Under the pieces are notes generated by a model. That model had not been told where the DNA came from and did not search any database. It saw nothing but the letters and a program-made list of their open reading frames with translations. From Burkholderiales bacterium (lineage in GTDB: Bacteria > Pseudomonadota > Gammaproteobacteria > Burkholderiales > SG8-39), in NCBI GenBank assembly GCA_036559525.1, contig DATBSZ010000273.1, positions 240-64,239 on the forward strand: a stretch of DNA of 64,000 nt, read 5' to 3'. A program made the translations under genes and the position numbers. The stretch's first letter is position 1; every line of letters starts with the position of its first letter. Below, one piece after another: positions 37,129 to 47,721 of this stretch.

Positions 37129-39792
37129 GTGGGCAAGACAGTGGGCAGAGCGATCACCGCCGCGATCCTTGCAACCGCGCTAGCGCTCGCAGCGCCGTTC
37201 GCCGCGCATGCAGCGGGCCTGGGCAGGCTCCATGTTCTTTCCCCGCTCGGACAACCCCTTAACGCCGAAATCGAAATCGTCGCGCTGCGGCCCGGCGAAG
37301 AAGAAGGCCTGACCGCGCGCGTCGCTGGGCAGGAGGCGTTTGCTGCCGCGGGCATAGAGCCGGGCGCGGTGTTGAACTCCATGCGTTTCGCGATCGAGCG
37401 TAGCGGAGGGCGGCGCATCCTTCGCGTGACCACGCTGCAGCCGGTCAACGAGCCGTTCGTCGAGCTGCTCGTCGAGCTGCAATGGGCGACCGGCCGCCTG
37501 GTGCGCGAATACACTTTCCTGCTCGACCCGCCCGAGTACAAGGCGCGCGACGCGATGGCCGCCGCGCCGAAGCCTGCGCCTGCCGAGGTCAAGCCCGCCC
37601 CGGCCGAGGCCAAGCCTGCGCCCGCCGAGCCGCCGAAGCCGGTCCCGCCGCTGGTCGAAGCCAAGCCGATCGAGCCGACCCCGGCGCCGCCGGTCATTGC
37701 GGCCGCTCCGGTCCCCGCCGCCGAGGCGGAAAAGCCGGCGCCTGTCGCGGAGCCGGCGAAGGAAGAGGCCGCCAAGCCCGAGGCGGCAAAGGAAGAGCCA
37801 ACCCAGCCGGAGGCGGCGAAGGAAGAGGCGGCCAAACCGGAGGCCGCCAAGGAAGAGCTGGTCAAGGAACCCGAAGGGGCCGCGAAGACGTACGAGGTCG
37901 CGAAGGGCGACACGCTGGGCAAGATCGCGCAGGACAACCTGCCGCCCGGCATCAGCCTCAACCAGATGCTGATCGCGATCTATCGCGCGAATCAGGACGC
38001 CTTCATTCGCGAAAACCTGAACCTGGTGCGCGCCGGACGCATCCTCAACATCCCGTCGGCCGATTCGATCGGCAGCGTGGATGCGGACGAAGCGAACCGC
38101 CTCGTGCGCGCGCACATGGCCGAGTTCCGCGAATACCGCAGCCGGCTCGCCGCGGTTCCGGCGACGGCGGAAGCCGCGCCCGGCCCGCGCGAAACTGCGG
38201 GCACGATCGAGCCCAAGCCGGCAGCGCCAGCGCCGGCCGCTCCGCAAGATCAGGTACGGCTCTCGAAGGCCGATCCGCAAAAGCCGTCTGCGTCGGGCGC
38301 GGCCGCGGCGCGCGGGGACGATCTGGTGGCGCGCGAGCGCGCCCTGAAGGAGGCGCAGTCGCGCATCGGCGACCTCGAGAAGAACGTCGCCGACCTGCAG
38401 AAGCTGCTCGAGCTCAAGAACCAGCAGCTCGCCGAGCTGGAGAGGAAGGCCGGCGCGAAGCCCGCTCCCGCGGCGCCCGTGCCGGCTCCCGCACCGGCTG
38501 CAAAGGCTCCTGAAAAACCCGCACCGGAAGCGCCGAAGCCGGTCGTCGAAGCGCCCAAGCCCGCCCCCACGCCTGCGCCGGCTGCGCCTGCGCCCGCGGC
38601 GAAGCCGACTCCCAAGCCGGCGCCACCGCCCGCACCGGAACCGAGCCTCCTCGACGAGTTCCTCGACAACCCGGTGGCGCTCGCCGGGCTGGGCGGCGTG
38701 GTGCTGCTGCTGCTCCTTTACGCGGTCTTTGCATGGAGAAAAAAAAAGACCGCACAAGCCAAATTCCAGGATAGCGTGATCGGCGCCGCCGCGGCTGGCG
38801 CGGCGGCGGGAGCGGGCATGACCGAGCCGACGCTCGGTGCGGCAACGACGGCATCGACCCAGCCTGTAGTCAGCACCCAGCCTGCCGCGGCGGCCGAAGA
38901 GGTCGACCCGATCGCCGAGGCCGACGTCTACATGGCCTACGGCCGCGATGCGCAGGCCGAGGAAATCCTGAAAGAGGCGCTGCAGAAGGACGCGAGCCGG
39001 ATCCCGGTGCACGCGAAGCTCCTCGAGATCTACGCCAAGCGCCAGGACACCAAAGCTTTCGAGCAGAGCGCGCTCAAACTCAAGAACCTGACCAACGGCG
39101 CCGGCCCGGAATGGGACAAGGCGGCGGTGCTCGGCAAGTCCCTCGATCCGAACAACGGCCTGTACGCCGGTGCTACGTCCGCTGCCGCAGCATTCCCGGC
39201 CGCCGCCGCAGCGCCTGCCGCGCCCGCTCCGACGCTCGATTTCGACATCGGCGGCGCGACGCAGGGGGTGTCGGCCTCGGCGCCCGATCTCACGCTCGAG
39301 TTGGCACCGAAGTCCGCCGACGGGGGCCTGGACTTCGATGTCAGCGGATCGACCGAGAAAAAGGACGAGGAAACCGTGGTGGCGCCGCGCCCGCAGGCCA
39401 AGGACGCGGGCCTCGATTTCGATCTCGACCTGGGGTCCGCAGCCCCCGAGTCGAAGCCCGCGTCGGCCGGGCCTGCCCCGGCCGCGGATCCCGGGCTGAC
39501 CTTCGATCTCAACCTCGATCTCGGTACCGAGAAGAAAACCGAGCCGGTCTCCGGGGCCGGGCCCGACCTCTCCACCATCAGCCTCGATCTCGACACCGCG
39601 GACTCGGGTGCCGCCGCCCCTGCCGGCACCGACCCGAAGTGGCAGGAAATCGCGACCAAGCTCGACCTGGCCAAGGCCTACGAAGAAATGGGCGACAAGG
39701 ACGGCGCGCGCGAGCTGCTGAACGAGGTGATGAAAGACGGCGACGGCGCGCAGAAAGGCCAGGCGCAGCAGCTTCTCGCCAAGCTGGGCTAG
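37129..39792 (+). CDS. fimV: FimV-family type IV pilus assembly/peptidoglycan-binding protein
   Basis: Signal sequence; LysM motif (YEVAKGDTLGKIAQ...); Pro/Ala/Glu/Lys-rich spacers; one TM segment (VVLLLLLYAVFAW); acidic region. The conserved FimV C-terminal motif is present: KLDLAKAYEEMGDKDGARELLNEVM. Confidence 0.88.
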   Translation: MGKTVGRAITAAILATALALAAPFAAHAAGLGRLHVLSPLGQPLNAEIEIVALRPGEEEGLTARVAGQEAFAAAGIEPGAVLNSMRFAIERSGGRRILRVTTLQPVNEPFVELLVELQWATGRLVREYTFLLDPPEYKARDAMAAAPKPAPAEVKPAPAEAKPAPAEPPKPVPPLVEAKPIEPTPAPPVIAAAPVPAAEAEKPAPVAEPAKEEAAKPEAAKEEPTQPEAAKEEAAKPEAAKEELVKEPEGAAKTYEVAKGDTLGKIAQDNLPPGISLNQMLIAIYRANQDAFIRENLNLVRAGRILNIPSADSIGSVDADEANRLVRAHMAEFREYRSRLAAVPATAEAAPGPRETAGTIEPKPAAPAPAAPQDQVRLSKADPQKPSASGAAAARGDDLVARERALKEAQSRIGDLEKNVADLQKLLELKNQQLAELERKAGAKPAPAAPVPAPAPAAKAPEKPAPEAPKPVVEAPKPAPTPAPAAPAPAAKPTPKPAPPPAPEPSLLDEFLDNPVALAGLGGVVLLLLLYAVFAWRKKKTAQAKFQDSVIGAAAAGAAAGAGMTEPTLGAATTASTQPVVSTQPAAAAEEVDPIAEADVYMAYGRDAQAEEILKEALQKDASRIPVHAKLLEIYAKRQDTKAFEQSALKLKNLTNGAGPEWDKAAVLGKSLDPNNGLYAGATSAAAAFPAAAAAPAAPAPTLDFDIGGATQGVSASAPDLTLELAPKSADGGLDFDVSGSTEKKDEETVVAPRPQAKDAGLDFDLDLGSAAPESKPASAGPAPAADPGLTFDLNLDLGTEKKTEPVSGAGPDLSTISLDLDTADSGAAAPAGTDPKWQEIATKLDLAKAYEEMGDKDGARELLNEVMKDGDGAQKGQAQQLLAKLG

Positions 39793-39801
39793 GTTTTCTC
39801 C

Positions 39802-40560
39802 ATCGGCAGGATCGCTCTAGGGCTCGAATACGACGGCAGCCGCTTTCTCGGCTGGCAGACCCAGCCCGGCGGCAGCACCGTCCAGGATGCTCTTGAGGCG
39901 GCCCTCGCCTCGATTGCCGGCACACAAGTGTCCACCACCGCCGCGGGGCGCACCGATCGCGGCGTCCATGCGCGCATGCAGGTGGCGCACTTCGATACCG
40001 CTGTGAAGCGCCCCGAGTCGGCCTGGGTCCGCGGCGTAAACGCCCTCCTCCCCGACGCGGTGGCCGTGCTCTGGTCGACGCAGGTCGCGGACGAGTTCCA
40101 TGCGCGCTACAGCGCGCTTTCGCGCACCTACCGATACGAGCTGCTCAACCGACCGGTGCGCGCGGCGCTTTCGGCGCACTACGCCGGCTGGTTCCACCTG
40201 CCGCTTGACGTGGAAAAGATGCGCGAGGCCGCGGCGCTGCTCCTCGGCGAGCACGACTTTTCGGCTTTCCGCTCTTCCGAATGCCAGGCAAAGACGCCGG
40301 TACGGAACATCCATGCGTTCACGATTGATCAGGAGGGTGAAAGAATAGTCTTCGTCGTGCGCGCCAACGCGTTCCTCCACCACATGGTGCGCAACCTCGT
40401 GGGCACGCTGGTGTACGTCGGCAAGGGCAAGCACCCGCCGCAGTGGGTCAAGGAGGTCCTGCGCTCGGGGGATCGCGCCAAGGCGGCCCCCACGTTCGGT
40501 CCGGAAGGGCTATACCTTGAGAGAATCGAGTACCAGCCCAAATGGGGACTGCCAATCTGA
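39802..40560 (+). CDS. truA: tRNA pseudouridine(38-40) synthase
   Basis: The conserved TruA N-terminus RIALGLEYDGSRFLGWQTQ and catalytic TDRGVHA are read in the fimV frame directly after the fimV TAG. There is no ATG/GTG/TTG between 39793 and 39927. ATC 39802 is taken as a provisional start. The track ORF (39928) is N-terminally truncated. Confidence 0.85.
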   Translation: MGRIALGLEYDGSRFLGWQTQPGGSTVQDALEAALASIAGTQVSTTAAGRTDRGVHARMQVAHFDTAVKRPESAWVRGVNALLPDAVAVLWSTQVADEFHARYSALSRTYRYELLNRPVRAALSAHYAGWFHLPLDVEKMREAAALLLGEHDFSAFRSSECQAKTPVRNIHAFTIDQEGERIVFVVRANAFLHHMVRNLVGTLVYVGKGKHPPQWVKEVLRSGDRAKAAPTFGPEGLYLERIEYQPKWGLPI

Positions 40561-41174
40561 GAACCCGGGTGAAAATCTGCGGCATTACGCGCACTGCGGA
40601 TGCAGCCGCCGCGGCGCGCGCCGGCGCGGATGCGATCGGGCTGGTGTTCTATCCGCCGAGCCCGCGCTTTCTCTCGATCGAGCGCGCGCGAGAAATCCGC
40701 GACGCGCTGCCGCCGTTCGTGCAGACCGTGGCGCTCTTCGTCAACGCCGACGCCGCCCAGGTCTCCCAGGTGATCGGCCGCGTGCATCCGGCGCTGCTGC
40801 AGTTCCACGGCGACGAAGCGCCCGATTTCTGCGCGCAGTTCGGGCTGCCCTTCGTCAAGGCTTGCAGAGTGAAAAAAGGGGTGTCTGCGCTAGAATACCT
40901 GCGCCCTTTTTCAAGCGCGGCGGCGTGGTTGTTCGACAGCCATGTTCCGGAGTACGGCGGCGTCGGCGAGAGCTTCGACTGGTCTCTGGTTCCCGTGACC
41001 GACAAACCCGTCATCCTGTCCGGCGGACTCTCCCAGGCCAATGTGGCGGCGGCGATCCGGCGCGTCAAACCCTGGGGCGTGGACGTGTCGAGCGGCGTCG
41101 AGTCGGCGAAAGGCATCAAGGACGCGGCGAAGATTGCCGCCTTCATGGCAGAGGTACGCAATGCGGATGTATGA
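40542..41174 (+). CDS. trpF: Phosphoribosylanthranilate isomerase
   Basis: [15 protein letters not shown]... The translation is TrpF-like over its full length. Confidence 0.9.
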   Translation: MGTANLRTRVKICGITRTADAAAAARAGADAIGLVFYPPSPRFLSIERAREIRDALPPFVQTVALFVNADAAQVSQVIGRVHPALLQFHGDEAPDFCAQFGLPFVKACRVKKGVSALEYLRPFSSAAAWLFDSHVPEYGGVGESFDWSLVPVTDKPVILSGGLSQANVAAAIRRVKPWGVDVSSGVESAKGIKDAAKIAAFMAEVRNADV

Positions 41175-42360
41175 CCTGCCCGACGCGCGCGGGCATTTCG
41201 GTCCTTACGGTGGCGTGTTCGTCGCCGAGACGCTCACGGCAGCGCTCGACGAGCTGCGCCTCGCCTACGAGCGCGCGCGCAAGGATCCCGCATTCGAGGC
41301 CGAGTTCCGCTACGAGCTCAAGCACTACGTCGGGCGCCCGAGTCCGGTTTATTTTGCAAAAAGACTGACTGAGAAATGCGGCGGCGCCCGGATCTACATC
41401 AAGCGCGAGGACCTGAACCACACCGGCGCGCACAAGATCAACAACACCATCGGGCAGGCGCTGCTCGCGCGCAACATGAAGAAACCGCGAGTCATCGCGG
41501 AGACCGGCGCCGGCATGCACGGCGTCGCCACCGCGACGGTGGCCGCGCGCTACGGCATGGAGTGCGTGGTGTACATGGGCTCGGAGGACATCAAGCGCCA
41601 GGCCGCCAACGTTCACCGCATGGGCGTGCTGGGCGCGAAAGTGGTGCCGGTCGAGTCGGGCTCCAAGACCCTGAAGGACGCGCTCAACGAGGCGATGCGC
41701 GACTGGGTCACCAACGTGGAGAGCACCTTCTACATCATCGGCACCGTCGCCGGCCCCCACCCCTATCCGATGATGGTGCGCGACTTCCAGTCCGTCATCG
41801 GCGAAGAGAGCATCGCGCAGATGCAGGAGCTCGCGGGGCGGCAGCCCGACGCGGTGATCGCCTGCGTCGGCGGCGGCTCCAATGCCATGGGGATCTTTTA
41901 CCCGTACCTCAAGCACGAGAAGACTCGCCTGGTCGGCGTGGAAGCCGCGGGTGAGGGGCTGGAAACAGGGAGGCACGCCGCGTCGCTTTGCGCGGGCAAG
42001 CCGGGGGTGCTGCACGGCAACCGCACCTACCTCCTGCAGGACGCCAATGGCCAGATCACCGACACGCACTCGGTATCGGCGGGGCTCGACTATCCGGGCG
42101 TCGGCCCCGAGCACGCCTGGCTCAAGGACAGCGGTCGCGCCGAGTACGTCGCCATCGACGACGAGGAGGCGCTCAAGGCGTTCCACGAGCTGTGCCGCGC
42201 CGAGGGCATCATTCCGGCGCTCGAATCGGCGCACGCGGTGGCGCAGGCGATGAAGATGGCGCCGGCCATGGCGAAGGACGCGATTCTTCTGGTGAACCTG
42301 TCCGGCCGCGGCGACAAGGACCTGCACACCGTCGCCGAGCGCTCGGGGAAGAAGCTTTGA
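41161..42360 (+). CDS. trpB: Tryptophan synthase beta chain
   Basis: ATG 41161 gives [28 protein letters not shown] lysine context [11 protein letters not shown]. Confidence 0.95.
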   Translation: MRMYDLPDARGHFGPYGGVFVAETLTAALDELRLAYERARKDPAFEAEFRYELKHYVGRPSPVYFAKRLTEKCGGARIYIKREDLNHTGAHKINNTIGQALLARNMKKPRVIAETGAGMHGVATATVAARYGMECVVYMGSEDIKRQAANVHRMGVLGAKVVPVESGSKTLKDALNEAMRDWVTNVESTFYIIGTVAGPHPYPMMVRDFQSVIGEESIAQMQELAGRQPDAVIACVGGGSNAMGIFYPYLKHEKTRLVGVEAAGEGLETGRHAASLCAGKPGVLHGNRTYLLQDANGQITDTHSVSAGLDYPGVGPEHAWLKDSGRAEYVAIDDEEALKAFHELCRAEGIIPALESAHAVAQAMKMAPAMAKDAILLVNLSGRGDKDLHTVAERSGKKL

Positions 42361-43153
42361 TGTCGCGAATCCAGGGCCGCTTCCAGGCGCTGGCGCGCGA
42401 CAAGCGCAAAGCACTCATCCCCTATATCACCGCGGGCGACCCGCATCCTTCGCTCACCGTGCCGCTCATGCACGCGCTGGTCGAGGCGGGAGCCGACATC
42501 CTGGAGCTCGGCGTGCCGTTCTCCGACCCGATGGCCGACGGCCCGGTGGTCCAGCGCGCCGGCGAGCGCGCGCTAAAGCACGGGGTTGGCCTTTCCGATG
42601 TCTTGAGGTTGGTAGCTGAATTCAGAAAAAGCGATAACGCAACCCCGATCGTCCTCATGGGCTACGCCAACCCGATCGAAGCGATGGGCGTGGAGAAGTT
42701 CGTCGCCGCGGCCAAGGCCGCCGACATCGACGGCGTGATCGTCGTCGACTACCCGCCGGAAGAGTGCGAGCAGTTCGCTGCGCTTGCCAAGAAGCACGGC
42801 ATCGATCCGGTCTTCCTGCTCGCACCGACCTCCACCGAGAAGCGTATCCAGCAGGTCGCCCGGGTCGGCAGCGGCTACCTCTACTACGTTTCGCTGCGTG
42901 GCGTCACCGGGGCAGGTCACCTCGATTTTTCGGAGGTCAGCTCGAAAATTCCGGCGATCCGCGCCGCGACCAAGCTGCCGATCGGAGTGGGATTCGGCAT
43001 CCGCGACGCCGAATCGGCGCGCCGCGTGGCGCAGTCCGCCGATGCAGTCGTCATTGGAAGCCGTATCATTCAGGAAATTGAAGCCGGCACCGCCGACGGC
43101 GCGGTCGCACGCGTCAAGGCGTTCCTGAAACCCATCAGACAGGCGCTCGACGG

Positions 43154-43157
<4 letters not shown>
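42360..43157 (+). CDS. trpA: Tryptophan synthase alpha chain
   Basis: ATG 42360 overlaps the trpB stop. [11 protein letters not shown]...[18 protein letters not shown]. Confidence 0.95.
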
Positions 43158-44022
<865 letters not shown>

Positions 44023-44026
<4 letters not shown>

Positions 44027-45558
44027 CGTTGCTTGCGGAGGTCGTGAAGACCTCGAGCACCGTGGCGGCGACGTCCAGCCGTCTGGAGAAGACCCGCTTG
44101 ATCGCCGAATGCCTGCGTTCGCTCTCGCCCGACGAGATCGAGATCGCGCTCCCTTATCTCAGCGGCGACATGCGCCAGGGCAAGCTCGCCCTCGGCTATT
44201 CGAGCCTCAAGGCCGCCATGGGCCGCCCGGCGTCGGTCCCCAGCCTCTCCGTCATGGACGTGGATCGCGCGTTCCAGGATCTCAAGACCGTCAAGGGCAA
44301 GGGGGCCGCGTCCACTCGCGAGCGCCGGTTGAAGGAACTATTCGGGAAGGCAACGGCAGAGGAGCAAGACTTTCTGCTGCGGCTGATCGTCGGGGAGCTG
44401 CGCCAAGGTGCGCTCGAAGGCGTAATGCTCGAGGCGGTCGCCGCGGCGGCCGGCTTGCCTGCGGCCGAGGTGCGGCGGGCAGCAACCTTCGCCGGCGGCA
44501 TCGCGCCCGTCGCCTGTGCGGCGCTCGCCGGCGGCGCCAAGGCTCTGGAGCGGTTCTCGATCCGCCTGATGCAGCCGGTGCTGCCGATGCTCGCCCAGCC
44601 CGCCGAGGACCTTGCCGCCGCGCTCGCGCAGCTCGGCGAAGCGCTCCTCGAATGGAAGCTGGACGGCGCGCGCATCCAGGTGCACAAGTCCGGCGGTGAA
44701 ATCCGCGTGTTCACGCGCAACCTGAACGACGTCACCGCGCGGGTGCCGGAAGTGGTTTCCGAGCTGAGAATGATTGATGCTGATCTGATTCTCGACGGTG
44801 AAGCGATTGCGCTGCGTGCCGACGGCCGACCGCACCCGTTTCAGATCACCATGCGGCGCTTCGGCCGCAAGCTCGAGGTCGAGGCGCTGCGCGACGAGCT
44901 GCCGCTTTCGGTGTTCTTTTTCGACTGCCTGCTGCGCGACGGCGAGGCCCTCGTTGACCGTGGTGCCGCCGCGCGCCGCCGGGTCCTGGAGGAGTCGCTG
45001 CCGAAGGCGCTCCTGGCGCCTTCCCTTACCACCGGTGACCTGGGAATGGCCGAGGCGTTCCAGGCCGATGCCTTGGCGCGGGGCCACGAAGGTTTGATGG
45101 CGAAGGCGCCCGCCGCGCCGTACGAATCCGGTCGCCGCGGCGCCGGCTGGCTGAAGATCAAGAGCGCGCACACGCTCGACCTCGTGGTGCTGGCCGCGGA
45201 GTGGGGCAGCGGCCGGCGCCGCGGCCGGCTTTCCAACCTGCACCTCGGGGCGCGCGATCCGAAGACGGGCGGCTTCGTGATGCTCGGCAAGACCTTCAAG
45301 GGCCTCACCGATGAGTTGCTCGAGTGGCAGACGCGCGAGCTTCAAGCACGCGAAACGGGCCGGGACGAATGGACGGTGCACGTGCGCCCGGAGCTCGTGG
45401 TCGAGATCGCTTTCAACGACGTCCAGGGAAGCCCGCACTATCCCGGCGGAATGGCGCTGCGCTTCGCGCGCGTCAAAGGCTACCGCCCGGACAAGCGCCC
45501 GGAGGAAGCCGATACGATCGACACCGTGCGCGCGATCTACCAGCGGGGTCTTGCGTGA
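44023..45558 (+). CDS. ATP-dependent DNA ligase (three-domain, Lig1/LigB-like)
   Basis: GTG 44023 overlaps the accD stop (GTGA). Nucleotidyltransferase motifs are intact: I EWKLDGAR (Lys codon 44656-44658), [13 protein letters not shown], IIIa [35 protein letters not shown]. An N-terminal DNA-binding domain is present. Confidence 0.85.
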
Positions 45559-46796
45559 AAAGCCTGGACGAGTGGCTCGCCTTCATCGAGCGCCAGCATC
45601 CCCAGCCGATTGCGCTTGGCCTGGACAGGGTGAGGGAAGTCCTCGCGCGAATGAACATCCGCCTGCAGTGCCCGGTGATCACGGTCGGCGGAACCAACGG
45701 GAAGGGCTCGACCTGCGCCATGCTCGAGTCGATTCTGCGCGCCGGCCGCTACCGCACCGGCCTCTATACCTCGCCGCACCTCGTCAACTACAACGAGCGA
45801 GTGCGCATCGCGGGTGTTGAGCTGGAAGACACTGCGCTGTGCGAGGCGTTCGCGGCGGTCGAGCGAGCGCGGGGCGGCGTCCCGCTGACCTACTTCGAAT
45901 TCGGCACGCTGGCAGCGTTTTGGGTTTTTGCTAGAGAGAAGATTGAGACTGCAGTGCTAGAGGTCGGCCTTGGTGGCAGACTCGACGCCGTCAACGTGCT
46001 CGATCCCGACTGCGCGGTATTGACGAGCGTCGGTATCGACCACGTGGACTACCTGGGCCCGGACCGCGAGTCGATCGGCCGCGAGAAGGCGGGCATCTTC
46101 CGCGCCGGCCGGCCGGCGGTGATCGCCGAGCCGGATCCGCCGCAGTCGGTGATGCGCGCCGCGGCAGAGAAGCTGCTGCTCGGAAAGGAATTCGGCTTTA
46201 CCCGGCAGGAAAACCAGTGGACCTATTGGGGTCCGCGCGGCCAGCGGGCCGGGCTCGCCCACCCGGCGCTGCGGGGAAGCATTCAGCTGCGGAACGCCGC
46301 CGCGGCGCTGTGCGCGCTCGACGCGATCGAGCTCGCCATCGCCATGCAGGACGTGCGACGCGGGCTTGCCGAGGTGACGCTGCCGGCGCGTTTCCAGGTA
46401 CTGCCTGGCCGGCCGCAGGTGATCCTCGACGTTGCGCACAACGTGGAGGCCGCGCAGACCCTCGCCGACAATCTGCTGAGCTCAGGCTATTCAAGCGAAA
46501 GCATTGCCGTGTGCGGGATGCTTCGCGACAAGGACATCGCCGGGGTGCTGCGCGCGCTCGCGCCGCGCATCACGCGCTGGCATTTCGCTTCGCTGCCGGG
46601 TGCGCGCGGCGCGTCCGCGGAGGAGCTGGCGAGAAATATTGATGGGGCGGTGGAAAAGTTCGAATCTCCGACGCAAGCGTTCGTCGCGGCAAAGGGACGC
46701 GCGGAGGAGGGTGATAAGATCGTCGTGTTCGGTTCCTTCCTCACAGTCGGCGAAGTGATGGCATGGCTGCAGAAAAACAAGACGTCGAAACGCTGA
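45555..46796 (+). CDS. folC: Bifunctional folylpolyglutamate synthase/dihydrofolate synthase
   Basis: GTG 45555 overlaps the ligase stop (GTGA). P-loop VGGTNGKGST. Mur-ligase-like over its full length. Confidence 0.9.
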   Translation: MKSLDEWLAFIERQHPQPIALGLDRVREVLARMNIRLQCPVITVGGTNGKGSTCAMLESILRAGRYRTGLYTSPHLVNYNERVRIAGVELEDTALCEAFAAVERARGGVPLTYFEFGTLAAFWVFAREKIETAVLEVGLGGRLDAVNVLDPDCAVLTSVGIDHVDYLGPDRESIGREKAGIFRAGRPAVIAEPDPPQSVMRAAAEKLLLGKEFGFTRQENQWTYWGPRGQRAGLAHPALRGSIQLRNAAAALCALDAIELAIAMQDVRRGLAEVTLPARFQVLPGRPQVILDVAHNVEAAQTLADNLLSSGYSSESIAVCGMLRDKDIAGVLRALAPRITRWHFASLPGARGASAEELARNIDGAVEKFESPTQAFVAAKGRAEEGDKIVVFGSFLTVGEVMAWLQKNKTSKR

Positions 46797-47206
46797 AGCG
46801 CAGGGGACGCAGGCGGCTCGTCGGCGCGGTCGCGCTGGTGCTCGCCGCGGTGATCGTTCTGCCGATGGTGTTCGACCCCGAGCCGCGCGGAACGCCCTCT
46901 GCGGTCAACGTGCGCATTCCCGGCGAAGATGACACGCCCTTCGCCCCGAAATTGCCGCCCAGGAAGAAGGCCGACGCGGCTCCAAAAGAGGAATTCGTCG
47001 TCCAGGTCGGCGCCTTTGCCAGCCCGCAGGGCGCGATCGCCAAGCTCGAGTCGGCGAAGATGCCCTACACCACAGAGGCGATGCAGGGCAATCTGACGCG
47101 CGTGCGCGCCGGGCCGTTCGCCACGCGCGAAGCGGCCGAGAAGGCGCTGGAGCAGCTCAAAGGGCTCGGCTTCGAGCCCGGAGCCGTGGCGCCGAAAGCC
47201 GGATGA
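46763..47206 (+). CDS. dedD: SPOR domain-containing cell-division protein (DedD-like)
   Basis: N-terminal TM segment plus C-terminal SPOR domain (FVVQVGAFASPQGA...RVRAGPFATREAAEKA). Position folC-dedD-cvpA. Confidence 0.75.
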   Translation: MAAEKQDVETLKRRGRRRLVGAVALVLAAVIVLPMVFDPEPRGTPSAVNVRIPGEDDTPFAPKLPPRKKADAAPKEEFVVQVGAFASPQGAIAKLESAKMPYTTEAMQGNLTRVRAGPFATREAAEKALEQLKGLGFEPGAVAPKAG

Positions 47207-47691
47207 CCTGGCTCGACTACGGCGTCATCGTGGTGCTGCTGCTCTCGATCGCCTGGGGAGCGTGGCGCGGGCTGGTGCACGAGGTGCTCTCCCTCGCCGG
47301 ATGGATCATGGCCTTCCTCGCCGCCAATCTGCTCGCCGCGCCGCTCTCCGAGACTTTCCCGGCCAACATGCGGCCGGAGTTCCGCGTGGTGGGGGCGTTC
47401 TTGCTGGTCTTCGTCGGGACGCTCGTCCTCGTGACCCTGCTGACGGCGCTGGTCACCAAGTTCATCAGGGTCTCCGTCCTGCAAAGCCTGGACCGCTGGC
47501 TCGGCGCGCTGTTCGGGCTGATGCGCGGGCTGGTGCTGGTCGTTGCTTTTGCCGTGATCGCGGGCCTCACCTCGTTTCCGGCCACGCCCATCTGGAAGGA
47601 CTCGGCAACCGGCTATTCGCTCGCCCAGACGGTGATCCAGCTCAAGCCCTGGCTGCCGCCCGCGCTCGCAAGTCGCTTGAAATATAATTAA
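47203..47691 (+). CDS. cvpA: Colicin V production protein CvpA
   Basis: Small 4-TM protein in the conserved position upstream of purF. Confidence 0.85.
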   Translation: MTWLDYGVIVVLLLSIAWGAWRGLVHEVLSLAGWIMAFLAANLLAAPLSETFPANMRPEFRVVGAFLLVFVGTLVLVTLLTALVTKFIRVSVLQSLDRWLGALFGLMRGLVLVVAFAVIAGLTSFPATPIWKDSATGYSLAQTVIQLKPWLPPALASRLKYN

Positions 47692-47721
47692 CCCTTAACC
47701 ACACCCGGGAACGCGTCTCCC

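Noticed and set aside
37560-38640. Repetitive KPAPAE / EAAKPEAAKEE / PAPAAP nucleotide and peptide repeats, considered as a tandem-repeat or CRISPR-like element
   Set aside because: They lie in frame within FimV and encode its typical Pro/Ala/Glu/Lys-rich low-complexity linkers. There is no repeat-spacer periodicity and no non-coding context.
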